Below are positions 6,915 through 16,780 of a stretch of DNA of 27,306 nt, one piece after another. Made by a program: the position numbers and the translations under genes. Origin of the DNA: a virus (lineage: Duplodnaviria; Caudoviricetes); the IMG/VR virus record IMGVR_UViG_3300022183_000054, positions 1-27,306 of that record; one strand, written 5' to 3'. Positions within the stretch are counted from its first letter, which is position 1. Each line of letters opens with the position of its first letter. The notes below the pieces were generated by a model. The model was not told the DNA's origin, did not search any database, and was given only the letters and a program-made list of their open reading frames with translations.

Positions 6915-7466
6915 ATGACTGATTATCCGATTATGACAGTACAGCAGCGCATGACATATGGTGAACGGAACTTTCTCCAGTATGTCAAGCCAATGGTGCA
7001 AGATGCTTTCCCCGGTACTTGGTACAGCTGCAATGGTACAGAACTGGACACTGACCATGGTGTTGACTTCATCATTGTGAATGGTGCTCAGGTCACCACT
7101 ATTGCTGCCAGATGTTGGATGGCCTATCCACAGTCACACTTTGCACTGAGATGGAGAAGAACCGGCCAGATTGACAGGCATCTGGAACTGGATACCAGAT
7201 TGCATGCATTCAAGACTGGTGGTCTGATGACTGATTGGACCATTGAAGGATTCCATTGGGAAGGCAGATCATATGTGGCTGCAATACCCACCAAGAAGCT
7301 GTTTGCACATGTTGACAAGTTCTATGATTGCCTTCCAACCTTCGAACTGTTTAACCCAAACAAAGACAGTGTATTCTTCAAGAGAGTGCCATTCTTGAGA
7401 GTCCATGATGATGTCATCAAGTTTATTGGACCCTGTCCACCTGTGAACGTGTCAAGCTGTCCTTGA
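6915..7466 (+). CDS. hypothetical protein, possibly a divergent PD-(D/E)XK nuclease fold
   Basis: E...LDTDHGVDFIIV...TTIAAR pattern resembles the G(V/I)D-containing phage nuclease-like proteins, but the (D/E)xK motif is not intact. Confidence 0.5.
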   Translation: MTDYPIMTVQQRMTYGERNFLQYVKPMVQDAFPGTWYSCNGTELDTDHGVDFIIVNGAQVTTIAARCWMAYPQSHFALRWRRTGQIDRHLELDTRLHAFKTGGLMTDWTIEGFHWEGRSYVAAIPTKKLFAHVDKFYDCLPTFELFNPNKDSVFFKRVPFLRVHDDVIKFIGPCPPVNVSSCP

Positions 7467-7728
7467 TATCTTTGACATCATCTTTCAGAACATGCACTTC
7501 ACCATTCAGTTCTTTCATGCTGGTGTTTAATGTCTCTAAACCTTCCCGGTATACTTTCCGGTCTTCATTGTGTGATTCAACAATGTGATCTATTTGTTCA
7601 AGATGCTTGTCCACCCAGATTGGAAGGTGTGTTGCAACCCATCTTCCAATGTAAAAGATGGCAGATATGCATAATGCTAAAGCTGCCACGGGTCCTGTCA
7701 GTATTTGAATCAATGTATCTTCTGTCAT
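7423..7728 (-). CDS. putative holin
   Basis: One N-terminal hydrophobic helix (ILTGPVAALALCISAIFYIG) plus coiled coil; ATGA-coupled to the endolysin. Confidence 0.55.
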   Translation of the reverse strand: MTEDTLIQILTGPVAALALCISAIFYIGRWVATHLPIWVDKHLEQIDHIVESHNEDRKVYREGLETLNTSMKELNGEVHVLKDDVKDIKDSLTRSQVDRVQ

Positions 7729-8315
7729 CTGCTTTTGCTCCAGCTGTCCAAACCTTGTGCCATTCCAATTGCAATCTGAGACATTCCGAATGGTGTCAAT
7801 AAGTCTGTGTGTGTGTCCATGAATATCGGTTCGCAGCAGATGGCAATGGGCTTGCCAACATTCTTGATGGTGTGCCAAGCGTTCTTTGTCCAGTCATCTG
7901 GCTTGGCTGCAATCACCTTCTGCTTCTTGACTGTGATCACCCTGCCCAGATTGGATGCCAATGCAGCTGCGAGTTCTTTTCCTTGGGTGGATATGTGATG
8001 ATGGAAGAATGCACCATAATCACCACCACCAGCATTCAGATGCATGGCCAGATATACCATCTTGGTGTCATCGAATCGGCCTGAATAGTCATTCACTCTG
8101 ATGTGTCGTTCAGTATAGGAACCATCACTGATGGGAATCACTTGGTGTCCAAGGTCCAACAATCTCTTTTCCAACATCAATGACAGATACCCGGTCCAGT
8201 GTGCTTCTTGTTCATCACTGGATATCTGGCCATCTTGATTGATGTCCACACCTGCACCACGGTCATCAACCTTGGCTGGCTTGCCTGCATGCTGTCTGTC
8301 TATGAATACTAACAT
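7725..8315 (-). CDS. N-acetylmuramoyl-L-alanine amidase endolysin (Amidase_3-like)
   Basis: VFIDRQHAG, conserved Glu (EQEA), YLAMHLNAG, ICCEPIFM: Zn-binding His/Glu/His plus catalytic Glu pattern. Confidence 0.8.
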   Translation of the reverse strand: MLVFIDRQHAGKPAKVDDRGAGVDINQDGQISSDEQEAHWTGYLSLMLEKRLLDLGHQVIPISDGSYTERHIRVNDYSGRFDDTKMVYLAMHLNAGGGDYGAFFHHHISTQGKELAAALASNLGRVITVKKQKVIAAKPDDWTKNAWHTIKNVGKPIAICCEPIFMDTHTDLLTPFGMSQIAIGMAQGLDSWSKSR

Positions 8316-8345
8316 GTCTATAATCTAGCACAATACAAGTTCCAT

Positions 8346-10058
8346 TTACACAAGTCTTGGATTGACCAAGGGATTGGATTCAAGATGCAGTATGAACCGC
8401 CATTTTCCATTTGTCCACGACTTGGACACCACTTGACACTTGTGTTCATTCAATCCGAACTGTGAGCTGGTGAAGGCAATCACATCACCCACTTCAAGAT
8501 ATCCAAAGGCTGGGAATGCTGATATCTCGATTCCATAGGCACCAAGACCACTGATTCTGATAACATCTCGTGCAATCCGATAGGCTGTGTTCATATCCCA
8601 GACAAAAGGCAGTTCCAGAACTGTTTCACGAAGTCCAAACCGACTATATGACAAGTCTGATACCGGGTCTTTTGCCAAGAATGGATTCACATCTTTGCTG
8701 GATACTGTTGGGTCAATCACAATGGTGGACAGATAGTGATTGTTCTGGCCTTCATAACAGAACTTCACTGTGACCTTGTTGATGGGTTCGATGGACAATG
8801 GCTGCAGACCAGTCACAATGTCAAACATTCCAGATTCTGTGATGTAGAATGATGGGTTCACTTCTTCTGATTGGTAGTAAAGATTCAATCTTGGTTCCAG
8901 TCCAGCTGGTCCATTGAATACTTCGATTGGAAGATATTTGATCAGATTGTCTTGCAACCACTCCAATGCAATCACTTCTGGGTCATTCACATATCCAGCG
9001 AACTTGTAACGGTTCAACACTGGCCGCAATCCCTCCCATGCTGACCGATTGAACTGAAGACCAGTCAGTTCCAGAATGTAGATACAAAGATTCCCTGCCA
9101 GATTCAGTGACTGTCCTGTGATTGGGTCTTGACTACCTTCACCATGATTGGCCCATGATGCCCAGAATGTTTGGTCTTCATCTAAAGCTGGAACAAAACC
9201 ATTGTCCACCAAGACACTTCCAGATTGGTATGTGGCATAACTGTATAGAATACCATCTGCATTGGTTGCAGTGCGGACATAGTCTGTGAAGTATCCACCA
9301 TCTTGGTCATATATAGTGATTCTACCTGCATCGACTTCACCCATTGCCAGAATCAATGTGATTGCAAGACTGGCACCACTTCCAGATGTGTCTATGATGT
9401 ATGTGGGTGTGACCTTGGCATCTTTGACCACTTCATATGATTTGCTGGTGTCTCTGATGAACCATGCACCCAATGCACCGAATACGAATGGAACATATTT
9501 CCCAACCGGGTACTGTATCATTCTTCCAAGTGTTGCAGCTCGTTGGTCCAATCCCGGAAACACAAAAGGATCAATTTCAAAACTGTTGGCCAGCAGCTTT
9601 CTTTTGGTGACATTCAAACCATTCTCAATCGAAAAGATGATATTGCCTTTGGGCTTGGTGGGTGTTCCAATGATTGGGTCAATCACCTTTCCTGCGAACA
9701 ATGGAACCTTGTCTTGTTCTGTGAATGTGGTCTTTCCATCTGAGACCATCACCATGGACAGCACAGCTGGTGATTGTTCCAGTGTTCGATTTGCCAACCA
9801 TTCTGCAATCCAGTCCACATCATCAAACACCAGTTCCAATGACACTGTGTTGGAATCAATGTTGAATCCAACAATCTCGGTCTGTTGTTCTATACTTGGG
9901 TCACCCAGTCCACCATTGTATCTGTGCAGCTGTCCTGTGGCTGGGTCTTGGATGTCAATGGGTATGGTGCTGAACCGATATGGCTTGCCAAGATATTCGA
10001 CTGTCAACAGATAGCACAGTTCTTTTCCTTGGATGTCTTCTGGATGCAGTCTCATCAT
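8346..10058 (-). CDS. tail tip / baseplate hub protein
   Basis: 570 aa, second gene after the tape measure; GKYVPFVFG, INKVTVKF, SYSRFG and YLEVGDVI motifs typical of phage tail hub proteins. Confidence 0.7.
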   Translation of the reverse strand: MMRLHPEDIQGKELCYLLTVEYLGKPYRFSTIPIDIQDPATGQLHRYNGGLGDPSIEQQTEIVGFNIDSNTVSLELVFDDVDWIAEWLANRTLEQSPAVLSMVMVSDGKTTFTEQDKVPLFAGKVIDPIIGTPTKPKGNIIFSIENGLNVTKRKLLANSFEIDPFVFPGLDQRAATLGRMIQYPVGKYVPFVFGALGAWFIRDTSKSYEVVKDAKVTPTYIIDTSGSGASLAITLILAMGEVDAGRITIYDQDGGYFTDYVRTATNADGILYSYATYQSGSVLVDNGFVPALDEDQTFWASWANHGEGSQDPITGQSLNLAGNLCIYILELTGLQFNRSAWEGLRPVLNRYKFAGYVNDPEVIALEWLQDNLIKYLPIEVFNGPAGLEPRLNLYYQSEEVNPSFYITESGMFDIVTGLQPLSIEPINKVTVKFCYEGQNNHYLSTIVIDPTVSSKDVNPFLAKDPVSDLSYSRFGLRETVLELPFVWDMNTAYRIARDVIRISGLGAYGIEISAFPAFGYLEVGDVIAFTSSQFGLNEHKCQVVSKSWTNGKWRFILHLESNPLVNPRLV

Positions 10059-13000
10059 TCCACCTCAATCAGTGTCACTGTGGCCAATCTGAACATCTCA
10101 TCCTTCTCTTCTTCTCCAATCACAGATTCTAAGGTCACACCACCAGACAATCTGACCAGTGAATGATTGTAATACCGATTGAAGACAAAGGAGCCATCTT
10201 CATCTTCATCTTTGGGAATGGCTGGCAGGTACACCACTGGCTTCTGTTCACTGAGATATTGCGCAATACCCAACATACCAAACACTGCATCACCATAGTT
10301 GGCCACTGGCATGGTGTCAGCTGCTTGACTGAACTGCCAATAGTCCGGATTCAGTTCATAGATGCTGCGACTGTCCACAGGTTCTGTCCATGCCACTTGG
10401 AATGTCCTGCGACCATCAGACATCTTCCGAGCGTAGTACATCCCATCATTGGTGGTGTATGATTGAACATTGGAATCATAGCTGATTGATCGGCCACGCT
10501 GATACTGTGGAGCCATAAAGTAAATTGACCCAAAGACCATGGTTCCAATCTGATAGTATCCTTCCAGTGTGTCCTGTGTTGGAATCTCGATTGCATATGC
10601 CACTTCACCTGAACCAGTTGCAGCTTGGAATGCTTCTGAAACAATGGTGATACTGTCTGGAATCAGATTGATGGTGCCAGATGTTGGAAGTGTCGTTGGA
10701 TCAACCAATGAACTGTCCATCACCAAGACAGCTGACTTGGCATCTGTTGCTTTGGTCCACAATCCTTCACTGTTTTGGACAATCTTGATGATGTGCTTGT
10801 TCTCACCATCCACCAGTTCTGCACGCCATCCAACGCATTCACCATACTTCAGATATATGTTCTTGGTCACGTTGGTTGGAACCAGTGTTGCACCCTTGCG
10901 TTCAAAGGTACCTGACAGACCAGTTGAAACATCAATGCTGATGGCTGTGGACCAGCTTGAACCATTCCATGTCTTCAGTGTTGCATTCTTCCAGTTGATG
11001 TTTGACAGATGGAGACCAGCCACATCATTCAGACCAAGATTCTTTTCACTGGACTGGGTGACCGGGTCTGTATACCATGCAATCCGTTCTGTGGATGTGT
11101 CATCCACACTTCTCCACACAACCCTTGGAGACAAAGCGACTTCATGAAAGATGTGTTCAATGGGATAGTCATACCGGGCTTCCACTTTGTATTCATCACC
11201 TGCTCTGGCCGGTGCATCTTTGGCACTGAGTAACAGACCACCATCAACATAGGCATAAAAACCATAAGCAGGATACAAAGCACCTCTGAGTTCTGGACTG
11301 GTTCTGCCAATACCACCAGCTGAAACATGCATTTCAGACCAGTATGATTCAAAAGAACCAATGGACAGATGACCCCATTGAAAGAATGTTGATATACCGG
11401 GGGACTGTGTACCCAAGGTCACACTGATTTCAGTCCACACTTTTGCTTGTTTTTCATCCCATTCTCTGAAGTACACTTTGACAGATGCACCATCTTGGAA
11501 CACCATGAATTCATGCATGTTGGTCATGTCTCGGTTTTCAGTGTGCAATGTGGTGCTGTGGTCCAAGATTCTGAATCCACCAGTTGCAAACCGAATATTC
11601 AAAGTATATCCATTGGAACCATCACTGGTTTGAACTTGGAACACAATATTGTCAGATGTCAGCAGTGCATTGGTTTGGACACGCATCTTGAACCGGTAGA
11701 ACGTGTCATGGTATACACTTGGTGAATATGTATAATATCGGACATTGGAACTGGTTGCGATTCTCAGACCTTCTGAATTGACTGTGTGTGTTCCAGCTCC
11801 TGTGGTACCATAGATACTGGTGTTGTCTGGTGTCTGATTGTGAATCCAGTTATTGTCAAACCCGTAATATTGATTTCGGTCTGGCTGTTGTTCTCGTTCT
11901 GGATGCTGAACTGAAGACCATCCACCAAGATACAATCCACCCAGACTGAGACCAGAAGAACCACTGGTGGTGTTTAATGCCAAGAATGTTCGGCCCTCCC
12001 AAACTGCAGCTTTCAGATTCTGCAAGTCAACAGTTGAACCACCATCATAGATGATTGCTTGAGCTACTCCACTGGTGAATCCAACAGACACTTGTTCCCA
12101 GCTTGAACCAAGGTCACGAGATTGGAAGCCATACAAGTCATTGTTGTCATCACGAACCACCACAAAGATAGTTTCATCTTGATACCAACATGCCAAGGTT
12201 CCATCAATCAAAGTGCTACCAGCTGCACTTGCAAAGGTCAATGCACCACTGTTGATGTCTACTTCATATTCACTTGTATATTGACTGGTGGCAGCTGCAA
12301 TACCGGGATTTGGTATTTTCAAGAATGATAGTGTGTCAGTTGCACTGATGTAAGCAAAACCCTGCTGTCCATTGGGCAATGCAACACCCACTGGAAATGC
12401 ATGGTCTTCACCATAAAAGCCAAGTGCATAGAATGAAGTGCCACTGTCACGGGATACGAACTGTACCAGCTGATTCACACCAAGTGATGTGATCTTTGAC
12501 CGGGTACCCACCACCAAAGTGACAATGTCATCTGAGACAATCAGATTGGCTGTGTCCAGATGGAATCCACTGGAACCAACATCAATATAATTGTCCACCA
12601 ATGCACGCCGGGATATCTCCTGCCAGTTGTCTCCACCATCTGAAGAACGCCACACAAACAGATTGACAATATCAATGTTTGTGTAATTGAAGAAGGTCAC
12701 AATGATAGAACCATCTTTCAGAACCGCAATGCATGGCTTGGCTGTGTTCTGTGGTGAACCAGATAGTGTGGTGGTCAACAATGTATCCAGTGTCTCAATT
12801 GGGCCATTCTGCTTCTGTCTTCGAACTGTGATGGTGTACACCAATCCATTGTTCAATTCAGTCACCCAATACAATGTTCCATCTTTGGCAGCTGTGATTC
12901 CATAGTCAGAATAACTGGACACACTATTGGTGAAGTTCAGATATTTCCAGTCAGTGATGACATTATTGGCATTCTGTCCACAATCCACATCATCAGAACC

Positions 13001-13246
13001 AGCAAAAGCAAAAGATGCCTTCTCACCAGCTGCACCACCTTCAATGGTCTTCACAGTGATGTCTTGAGACTGTGAACCAGACAAGGCCAATGACAATCCT
13101 GTATATGATTGACTTGGTACAGCCAACCCAGCACGGGGATTCTGTTCTGTGAATGTGGACTGTTCTGGCCAGATGTTATCTTTTGTTATATTGACTGTGG
13201 GTACCAATAGCCCGCGCATTTGATCTGGTGTTGTATTTGTTGCCAT
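10055..13246 (-). CDS. large tail protein with Asp-box (BNR) repeats; possible extended distal tail protein
   Basis: 1063 aa immediately after the tape measure; SSDGGDNW, SRDSGTSF, SRDLGSSW; beta-rich. Confidence 0.7.
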   Translation of the reverse strand: MATNTTPDQMRGLLVPTVNITKDNIWPEQSTFTEQNPRAGLAVPSQSYTGLSLALSGSQSQDITVKTIEGGAAGEKASFAFAGSDDVDCGQNANNVITDWKYLNFTNSVSSYSDYGITAAKDGTLYWVTELNNGLVYTITVRRQKQNGPIETLDTLLTTTLSGSPQNTAKPCIAVLKDGSIIVTFFNYTNIDIVNLFVWRSSDGGDNWQEISRRALVDNYIDVGSSGFHLDTANLIVSDDIVTLVVGTRSKITSLGVNQLVQFVSRDSGTSFYALGFYGEDHAFPVGVALPNGQQGFAYISATDTLSFLKIPNPGIAAATSQYTSEYEVDINSGALTFASAAGSTLIDGTLACWYQDETIFVVVRDDNNDLYGFQSRDLGSSWEQVSVGFTSGVAQAIIYDGGSTVDLQNLKAAVWEGRTFLALNTTSGSSGLSLGGLYLGGWSSVQHPEREQQPDRNQYYGFDNNWIHNQTPDNTSIYGTTGAGTHTVNSEGLRIATSSNVRYYTYSPSVYHDTFYRFKMRVQTNALLTSDNIVFQVQTSDGSNGYTLNIRFATGGFRILDHSTTLHTENRDMTNMHEFMVFQDGASVKVYFREWDEKQAKVWTEISVTLGTQSPGISTFFQWGHLSIGSFESYWSEMHVSAGGIGRTSPELRGALYPAYGFYAYVDGGLLLSAKDAPARAGDEYKVEARYDYPIEHIFHEVALSPRVVWRSVDDTSTERIAWYTDPVTQSSEKNLGLNDVAGLHLSNINWKNATLKTWNGSSWSTAISIDVSTGLSGTFERKGATLVPTNVTKNIYLKYGECVGWRAELVDGENKHIIKIVQNSEGLWTKATDAKSAVLVMDSSLVDPTTLPTSGTINLIPDSITIVSEAFQAATGSGEVAYAIEIPTQDTLEGYYQIGTMVFGSIYFMAPQYQRGRSISYDSNVQSYTTNDGMYYARKMSDGRRTFQVAWTEPVDSRSIYELNPDYWQFSQAADTMPVANYGDAVFGMLGIAQYLSEQKPVVYLPAIPKDEDEDGSFVFNRYYNHSLVRLSGGVTLESVIGEEEKDEMFRLATVTLIEVE

Positions 13247-15153
13247 CAGTATGCCTTGATTCCAGTGTTTTTGGGTTGTCTGAAGCCTATTTCACGAGTG
13301 AACCGGCCAAAGTGTTTGAATGGTTGAATCACCACCACTTGTTCTTGTGGTGCTGTTCCTTGTGATAACTGTCTGACACCTTCTTCACCACCTATTCTTC
13401 GAACTGTGGCACGGTCCAAGACTGCTTCACCACGCAACACCCTTGCAGGCATCTCATCTGGTGCCATACCCCCCATGTGGAATGTGGCTTGTGGTGGCTG
13501 TTGTGCCATCACCACTGCTGTCTGTGCTGCACCCGTTCCCACTGCTGCTGCAATCATGGCTGCTCGTGCGATTGGTGGATATGCCAAGGCTGCTGTGACT
13601 GCTTTGGCTGTATTGAATGCAATATCAGCAACACTGGCAGCTTGATTCATTCTGAACAGACCCATGATGGTCTTTTGGTTGGCTCTTCCATTCTCCAATG
13701 CTGCAGTCAACATTGCATCTGACATCCCAAGAATGGCACCAGTCACTTCTTGTGCATTGTTCAAGTCTTCATCAAACTGTGCCTTCTTGTCTTCCTTCTC
13801 TTTATCCCGGTTCTTTTGCTTGATGATATTCAGTGCTTGTTCTTGGTCTTCTGCAGCTTGTCCAAGTTGCTGGATATATTCAATCTCTGCTTCGAATGCC
13901 TTCTGCTTTTGTTCGGCTTCACTCAAGAATGTTGCATTGCTGATTTCATACAGTTTATTGTTGGCTTCCATCCGCCTGTCAAAGTATTTGTTCTCAGCTG
14001 CAATCAAGTCTTCCAATGCACCCAGTTCATCATCTTTGGCTTCTGCTGCTTCTTTGGCTGGCTTGACTATTTTCTTGGCTGCCTTGGCATGCTCTTCTGT
14101 TTCATCTGCCAGTTCTTTTTCCATGGTGACCATATCCATGGACAGCTTCACTGCTTCATCTTGCATCACAGCCAAGACTTCACGCTGTTTGTTTTGTTCA
14201 CTCAATTGACCATTCAACAGCTTCTGAAGTTCCATCAGTTCAACCTGTGCTTTGGTACTTCGGCCAGTCAAGTCAACATTGTTGTCAATCGCTGCATTCT
14301 GCAGTTGCAGTGTCTTCAGTTGTTCAATCATGGATTCTGACAGCACTGCTGGTGCATCACTTGAATAAGCACTGATTAATGACTTGACTGCTGCAATCTG
14401 TAGTTTGGTGGTTTCAATCGTGGCATCTGCTGCTTCAATATTGCCACGGAATGATTCATTGGCTGTCTCACCAGCCTTCTCCAGATTGAATTCATATTCT
14501 GTTATTTGTCCGGTTAGCAGCTTGTATTCATTCTGGATTTCACGCAGCTTGCCACCAGCATCCACAAGATTGTTTTCCTGCTCTTTTTGGGTTTCAATCA
14601 ATGCTCTTTGTGCATCTTTCAAGTCCAATGTCAGCTGTCTTGCCTTCTCAATCTCAGACTGGTATGAAACATAGCCCAATGTCAATGCACCGATTGCAAC
14701 ACCAGCTGCAACCACCAAAGGATTCAAGGCAGCAAAGGACATGGTCAATCCTTCAGTCACTGCGAAGGCATCTGCCAAGCCATCTGCGGCTTCTGCCAGT
14801 TGTGGATTCACACCACGCAACGCAAGACCAATGGAACTGAACCCCCGGTCAATGTCTCCACTGGCATCACCAACACGTTCCAACCGTTCTTCTGCTTTTC
14901 TGGCACTGTCTGCCAAGTCATCGAAGTCCATTGCACCACGTTGAGCTGCCTTGGCTGCTTGTTGGGCTGCCTTCTTGGATGCTTCTGCACTCTTCTTGGC
15001 TGCCTTCTCTGCCTGTTTCAGCTGTCTGTCCAGTGCAGACACCATCTTCTTGGCTTCTTGGTCTGTTACATTGGGTATGGTCTTCAGTTTGGCCAATAGG
15101 TCTTTCAGATTGGCCTTGTAACTGATTTCAATCGACTTCTTCTCTTCTGCCAT
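13246..15153 (-). CDS. tail tape measure protein
   Basis: 635 aa, Ala/Glu/Lys/Gln-rich helical, hydrophobic patches, C-terminal FHMGG..DEMPARVLRGEAVL motif. Confidence 0.88.
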   Translation of the reverse strand: MAEEKKSIEISYKANLKDLLAKLKTIPNVTDQEAKKMVSALDRQLKQAEKAAKKSAEASKKAAQQAAKAAQRGAMDFDDLADSARKAEERLERVGDASGDIDRGFSSIGLALRGVNPQLAEAADGLADAFAVTEGLTMSFAALNPLVVAAGVAIGALTLGYVSYQSEIEKARQLTLDLKDAQRALIETQKEQENNLVDAGGKLREIQNEYKLLTGQITEYEFNLEKAGETANESFRGNIEAADATIETTKLQIAAVKSLISAYSSDAPAVLSESMIEQLKTLQLQNAAIDNNVDLTGRSTKAQVELMELQKLLNGQLSEQNKQREVLAVMQDEAVKLSMDMVTMEKELADETEEHAKAAKKIVKPAKEAAEAKDDELGALEDLIAAENKYFDRRMEANNKLYEISNATFLSEAEQKQKAFEAEIEYIQQLGQAAEDQEQALNIIKQKNRDKEKEDKKAQFDEDLNNAQEVTGAILGMSDAMLTAALENGRANQKTIMGLFRMNQAASVADIAFNTAKAVTAALAYPPIARAAMIAAAVGTGAAQTAVVMAQQPPQATFHMGGMAPDEMPARVLRGEAVLDRATVRRIGGEEGVRQLSQGTAPQEQVVVIQPFKHFGRFTREIGFRQPKNTGIKAY

Positions 15154-15156
15154 GGG

Positions 15157-15627
15157 TCACACTCTCTTCATCAAGTCATCTGCCAATGCTTTTACGACTC
15201 GGTTAGCTGTTTTTCGATGGGGCTTCACCATTGTTTCATCTGCTACCCTGCGGCCTTGGGGCTGGACAATGTCTTGTGATTGATAGTTTTCACTGTCAAC
15301 ACCATACTTGATGACATAACTGTATGGGGCAGTGTTCTTCAAAAACACGACAAAGTTTCCATTGGCATCCACCTTCATTCCACGCTCGAACTTCTTCCAA
15401 GATTCCTTGGATGTCTTGCGGAAGAAAACCACATTGCCTTCTGCATCAGTTCTGATTTGTGGCTTGCGCTTTGGCCAATCTCGGACTGCTTGTTTTTCAA
15501 TCCGTTGCAGCTCCTCTTCCATGATTTTACCCGCATTGGGTGCAACAGTGTGAATGAATCCCATGAACATATCTTGCATGTCCTGTTGGATTGTCACTGT
15601 TGCATTTCCACGGGTATAGTTCTTCAT
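15157..15627 (-). CDS. HK97 gp10-like tail completion/neck protein
   Basis: IEKQAVRDWP...FLKNTAPYSYVIKYG resembles the N.a.YA..vEyG motif of this family. Confidence 0.55.
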   Translation of the reverse strand: MKNYTRGNATVTIQQDMQDMFMGFIHTVAPNAGKIMEEELQRIEKQAVRDWPKRKPQIRTDAEGNVVFFRKTSKESWKKFERGMKVDANGNFVVFLKNTAPYSYVIKYGVDSENYQSQDIVQPQGRRVADETMVKPHRKTANRVVKALADDLMKRV

Positions 15628-16183
15628 TGGATTCTCTTGGCTATCATTGCTTCCATTCTAGCAGTTTTTATCCGCTGTTGTCTAGCACTTCTCTCATCTG
15701 GTGATTCACAATGAAGTCTATATTCTGCAAGCACTTTGGTCTTGGTCGGTTGGTCCAAGGTGTGGAACCAATCTGGATGTTGATTCCACCTCATTGCTAT
15801 CCGCATGGCCATCAAGTCAAAAGAACCGTACCGACTTATGAAAAATTTGCAGTATCTTCCACAGCTTGTTCTGTTGGAATGCTCTTCATCATCTCAATCA
15901 GAATCTCGGTGCCTTGTTCATATATCTGACCGGGTGTCATACCAGCTGCCAATAAGCGTTCCAGAATCTTGAACCCAAACTGAATGGGGTCACCTGTTGT
16001 CACTGGATAGGCTGGAAGACACTTGGCATGGTCAACACCAACCGCAATGGCTGCTGCACACAATCTGCCCAGCTGCGCTCGATTGGGTTCAGAACCCCAG
16101 ATTGCAACGAAGTCCAAACAGACTGCAATGCTGTTTGGAATATTGACTTCATGTTCACCAAGTTTTTGCAAGTTTACTTTCAT
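15624..16183 (-). CDS. tail assembly chaperone (15836-16183) with -1 frameshift extension to 15624
   Basis: Follows the major tail gene; slippery A_AAT_TTT (15848-15842) two codons before the stop; the -1 frame is open into ORF 15624-15815. Confidence 0.8.
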
Positions 16184-16204
16184 TGTGTGTACCTCTTATT
16201 TTAT

Positions 16205-16233
16205 GAAAGATGGGCCACCATGCAGATAGCCCA
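16205..16233 (-). terminator. hairpin after major tail gene (weak terminator)
   Basis: TGGGCTATC-TGCAT-GGTGGCCCA followed by TCTTTC. Confidence 0.5.
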
Positions 16234-16259
16234 CAGTTTTTGTGAATTTTTGAATCAGA

Positions 16260-16769
16260 TTATGCTGGTCCAGTCACAGTTGCACCACCATAACAGGTGA
16301 AGTTCAATGTGAATGCAGATGGGTCACCTTCACTGAAGTCCAAAGTGCAAACACACTTGGCCAATGTCACTGTGTGATCTGCATCATCACCGAAGTCAGT
16401 TCCTTCTGCAGTGTACTTGATGTCAATGCAGTAGTGTTCGACATATGGTGTGCCAGTTGTACCAGTTGAAGTGTTTCCAGAGTAGTTTCCAGACTGTTGG
16501 ATGAAGTCACGGACTGAACCAGCTTCTGAACCATCTGTGAACTGTCTGAAGTGAAAACTGAATGAACCAGTGATTGCTTGTTCATCTTGCTTGCGGATTG
16601 CAGCGAAGTTTCCACGGTCCATCACTACCAGTTCACTGAACTGTTGTGGTTGACTGAAGCTGAAGTTGCCATCTTCATAAGCGACTTCAAGTGTGACTGG
16701 AACACCAGTTCCATCAAGCAATTCAATTTTGCCATCTCTTTTGGTTTTGGGTACGGATGAATAAGCCAT
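16260..16769 (-). CDS. major tail (tube) protein
   Basis: 169 aa, acidic, Thr/Gly-rich beta pattern (ITGSFSF, FSEGDPSAFTLNF); GGAGG RBS; position between tail terminator and chaperone. Confidence 0.75.
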   Translation of the reverse strand: MAYSSVPKTKRDGKIELLDGTGVPVTLEVAYEDGNFSFSQPQQFSELVVMDRGNFAAIRKQDEQAITGSFSFHFRQFTDGSEAGSVRDFIQQSGNYSGNTSTGTTGTPYVEHYCIDIKYTAEGTDFGDDADHTVTLAKCVCTLDFSEGDPSAFTLNFTCYGGATVTGPA

Positions 16770-16780
16770 TTTTGGCCTCC

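Noticed and set aside
9286-14340. Long + strand ORFs (e.g. 9286-10014, 10569-11147, 13664-14209, 13750-14340)
   Set aside because: Antisense shadows of well-supported minus-strand tail genes; no motifs or RBS.
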